Assembly: GCA_051294905.1 (NCBI GenBank)
Contig: CM119372.1
Span: 39,000,001-39,064,000 of the forward strand
From: Botryllus schlosseri
Lineage: Eukaryota
Direction of reading: 5' to 3'
Length of the DNA stretch: 64,000 bases
Part shown: one piece after another, positions 62,795 to 64,000 of the stretch
Layout: the number at the start of each line of letters is the position of its first letter
Numbering within the stretch: position 1 is the stretch's first letter
Program-made: the position numbers and the translations under genes
The notes under the pieces: model-generated
What the model saw: only the letters and a program-made list of their open reading frames with translations
Database searches by the model: none
What the model was told of the DNA's origin: nothing

Positions 62795-63286
62795 CGGGAT
62801 TGTAATGACTCGAGTAATCACTCGACTCGAGTCACGATTTTATGCTGACTCGACTTGACTCGAGACATTTTCTCAAAAGACGGAAATGACTGGACTCGAG
62901 TCAATTTGTGCATTGACTCGACTTGAACTCTACTCAACATATGACTCGAGACTGAGACGGCCACACTATTGGGTTTTCGTCTATTGGTAGTGGCACTTGA
63001 AAATGCAACCAGAAACTGCCAAGATTGAGGAACAGTAGTATGTTATATATGCGAACTATTCGAAATCAACCAAACAGAGTTATAAAAAGTGGCTGTTTCA
63101 AAACTTAAACTGGAAACTATACAGTTAACACAATGACTTAGACTCGAATTCGGCCCTCTGCTCGTTGACTTGGACTTGGACGTGACTCGGTGAAGAAAAA
63201 AAATGACTCGACTTGACTCTGAGTCAAGGCTATGAAAGTGAGATTGACTTGTTATCTCGGAGCCTTGAGACTTGCTTACAGCCCTG
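62795..63286. mobile_element. hAT-type MITE rich in GACTC/GACTT repeats
   Basis: Ends CGGGATTGTAA / TTACAGCCCTG; TSD ACGTGTAC/ACGTCTAC. Confidence 0.8.
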
Positions 63287-64000
63287 ACGTCTACTTTTTT
63301 GGAGTATTCAAGTTGGTATGGTGTACGTGCACAACTGGCTCAAGTGGGTATGTTTGTGGACGAGTTCCACTTCTACTAATACAGTCCATTCAGCAGAACT
63401 ACGTATTCTTGTCACTTTGGCACTTGCAAATCAGAATGCAGTTTATGGATATTGAATTGCTCTAACAGCTGCACAAAATCAGCTTTTATATTTTCGAAAA
63501 TTGCATCTATTATATCCTAGTTATGAAAATACAGCCTGCAATTCAGAAGTAGACACCTCTTATATACTGTGATCTCTAGACCGATACATTTCTTCTTCAA
63601 CTTGAACAGTATTCTTGACATATCTTGGACATCATTATTTCTACTCGTATTTGAGTAAAAAGTTTTGAGATTACTTCTGTTGGGTAAGAACGGTGTCTGC
63701 TTTTACCATATCTGTTACCCCACGTAATCCTTTCTTAAATCGCAATGATGCCGAAATTTCCGAATATATCTCTTCAAAGTCCCAAAGCTTATGTCAGATC
63801 ATTTACCATGTGTTGATGGACTAATCAACGTTCTGAATCATTTTCGATTTCAAAATCTTCATCAATAGGTCTGCCATCACTAAGATTTTCATCCTGATCC
63901 AAATTATCGAGCTTTCAGGAGTTTCAAGATACACTGGATAAGATGAATGGAGCATTGGGCCTATAGCTGATAGTAGGTTAGATGTAAAGTTTATTTTACT

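Overview
AT-rich, intron-containing animal (probably marine invertebrate) genomic DNA; not prokaryotic. Almost all ORFs in the supplied track are noise. By reading splice sites I reconstructed two tandem + strand annexin genes with matching intron positions and phases. Annexin-1 (18404-25196, 7 coding exons, 314 aa) lacks all four GxGT calcium loops. Annexin-2 (confident exons 48979-62469, tentative 5' exons from 44450) keeps a canonical Ca2+ site only in repeat 4 and has a ~30-aa C-terminal tail. The rest is a dense transposon landscape: (i) a 5,965-bp foldback Mutator/Phantom-like element (10213-16177) with 16-bp-unit minisatellite arms, a perfect 9-bp TSD and a broken spliced FLYWCH-MULE transposase, inserted into a SINE; (ii) a Penelope-like GIY-YIG remnant ending in a minimal hammerhead-ribozyme motif (27631-27667); (iii) many hAT-type MITEs with 8-bp TSDs, tRNA-derived SINEs, LINE remnants and telomere-like tracts. 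All calls are by eye; no database searches were run.
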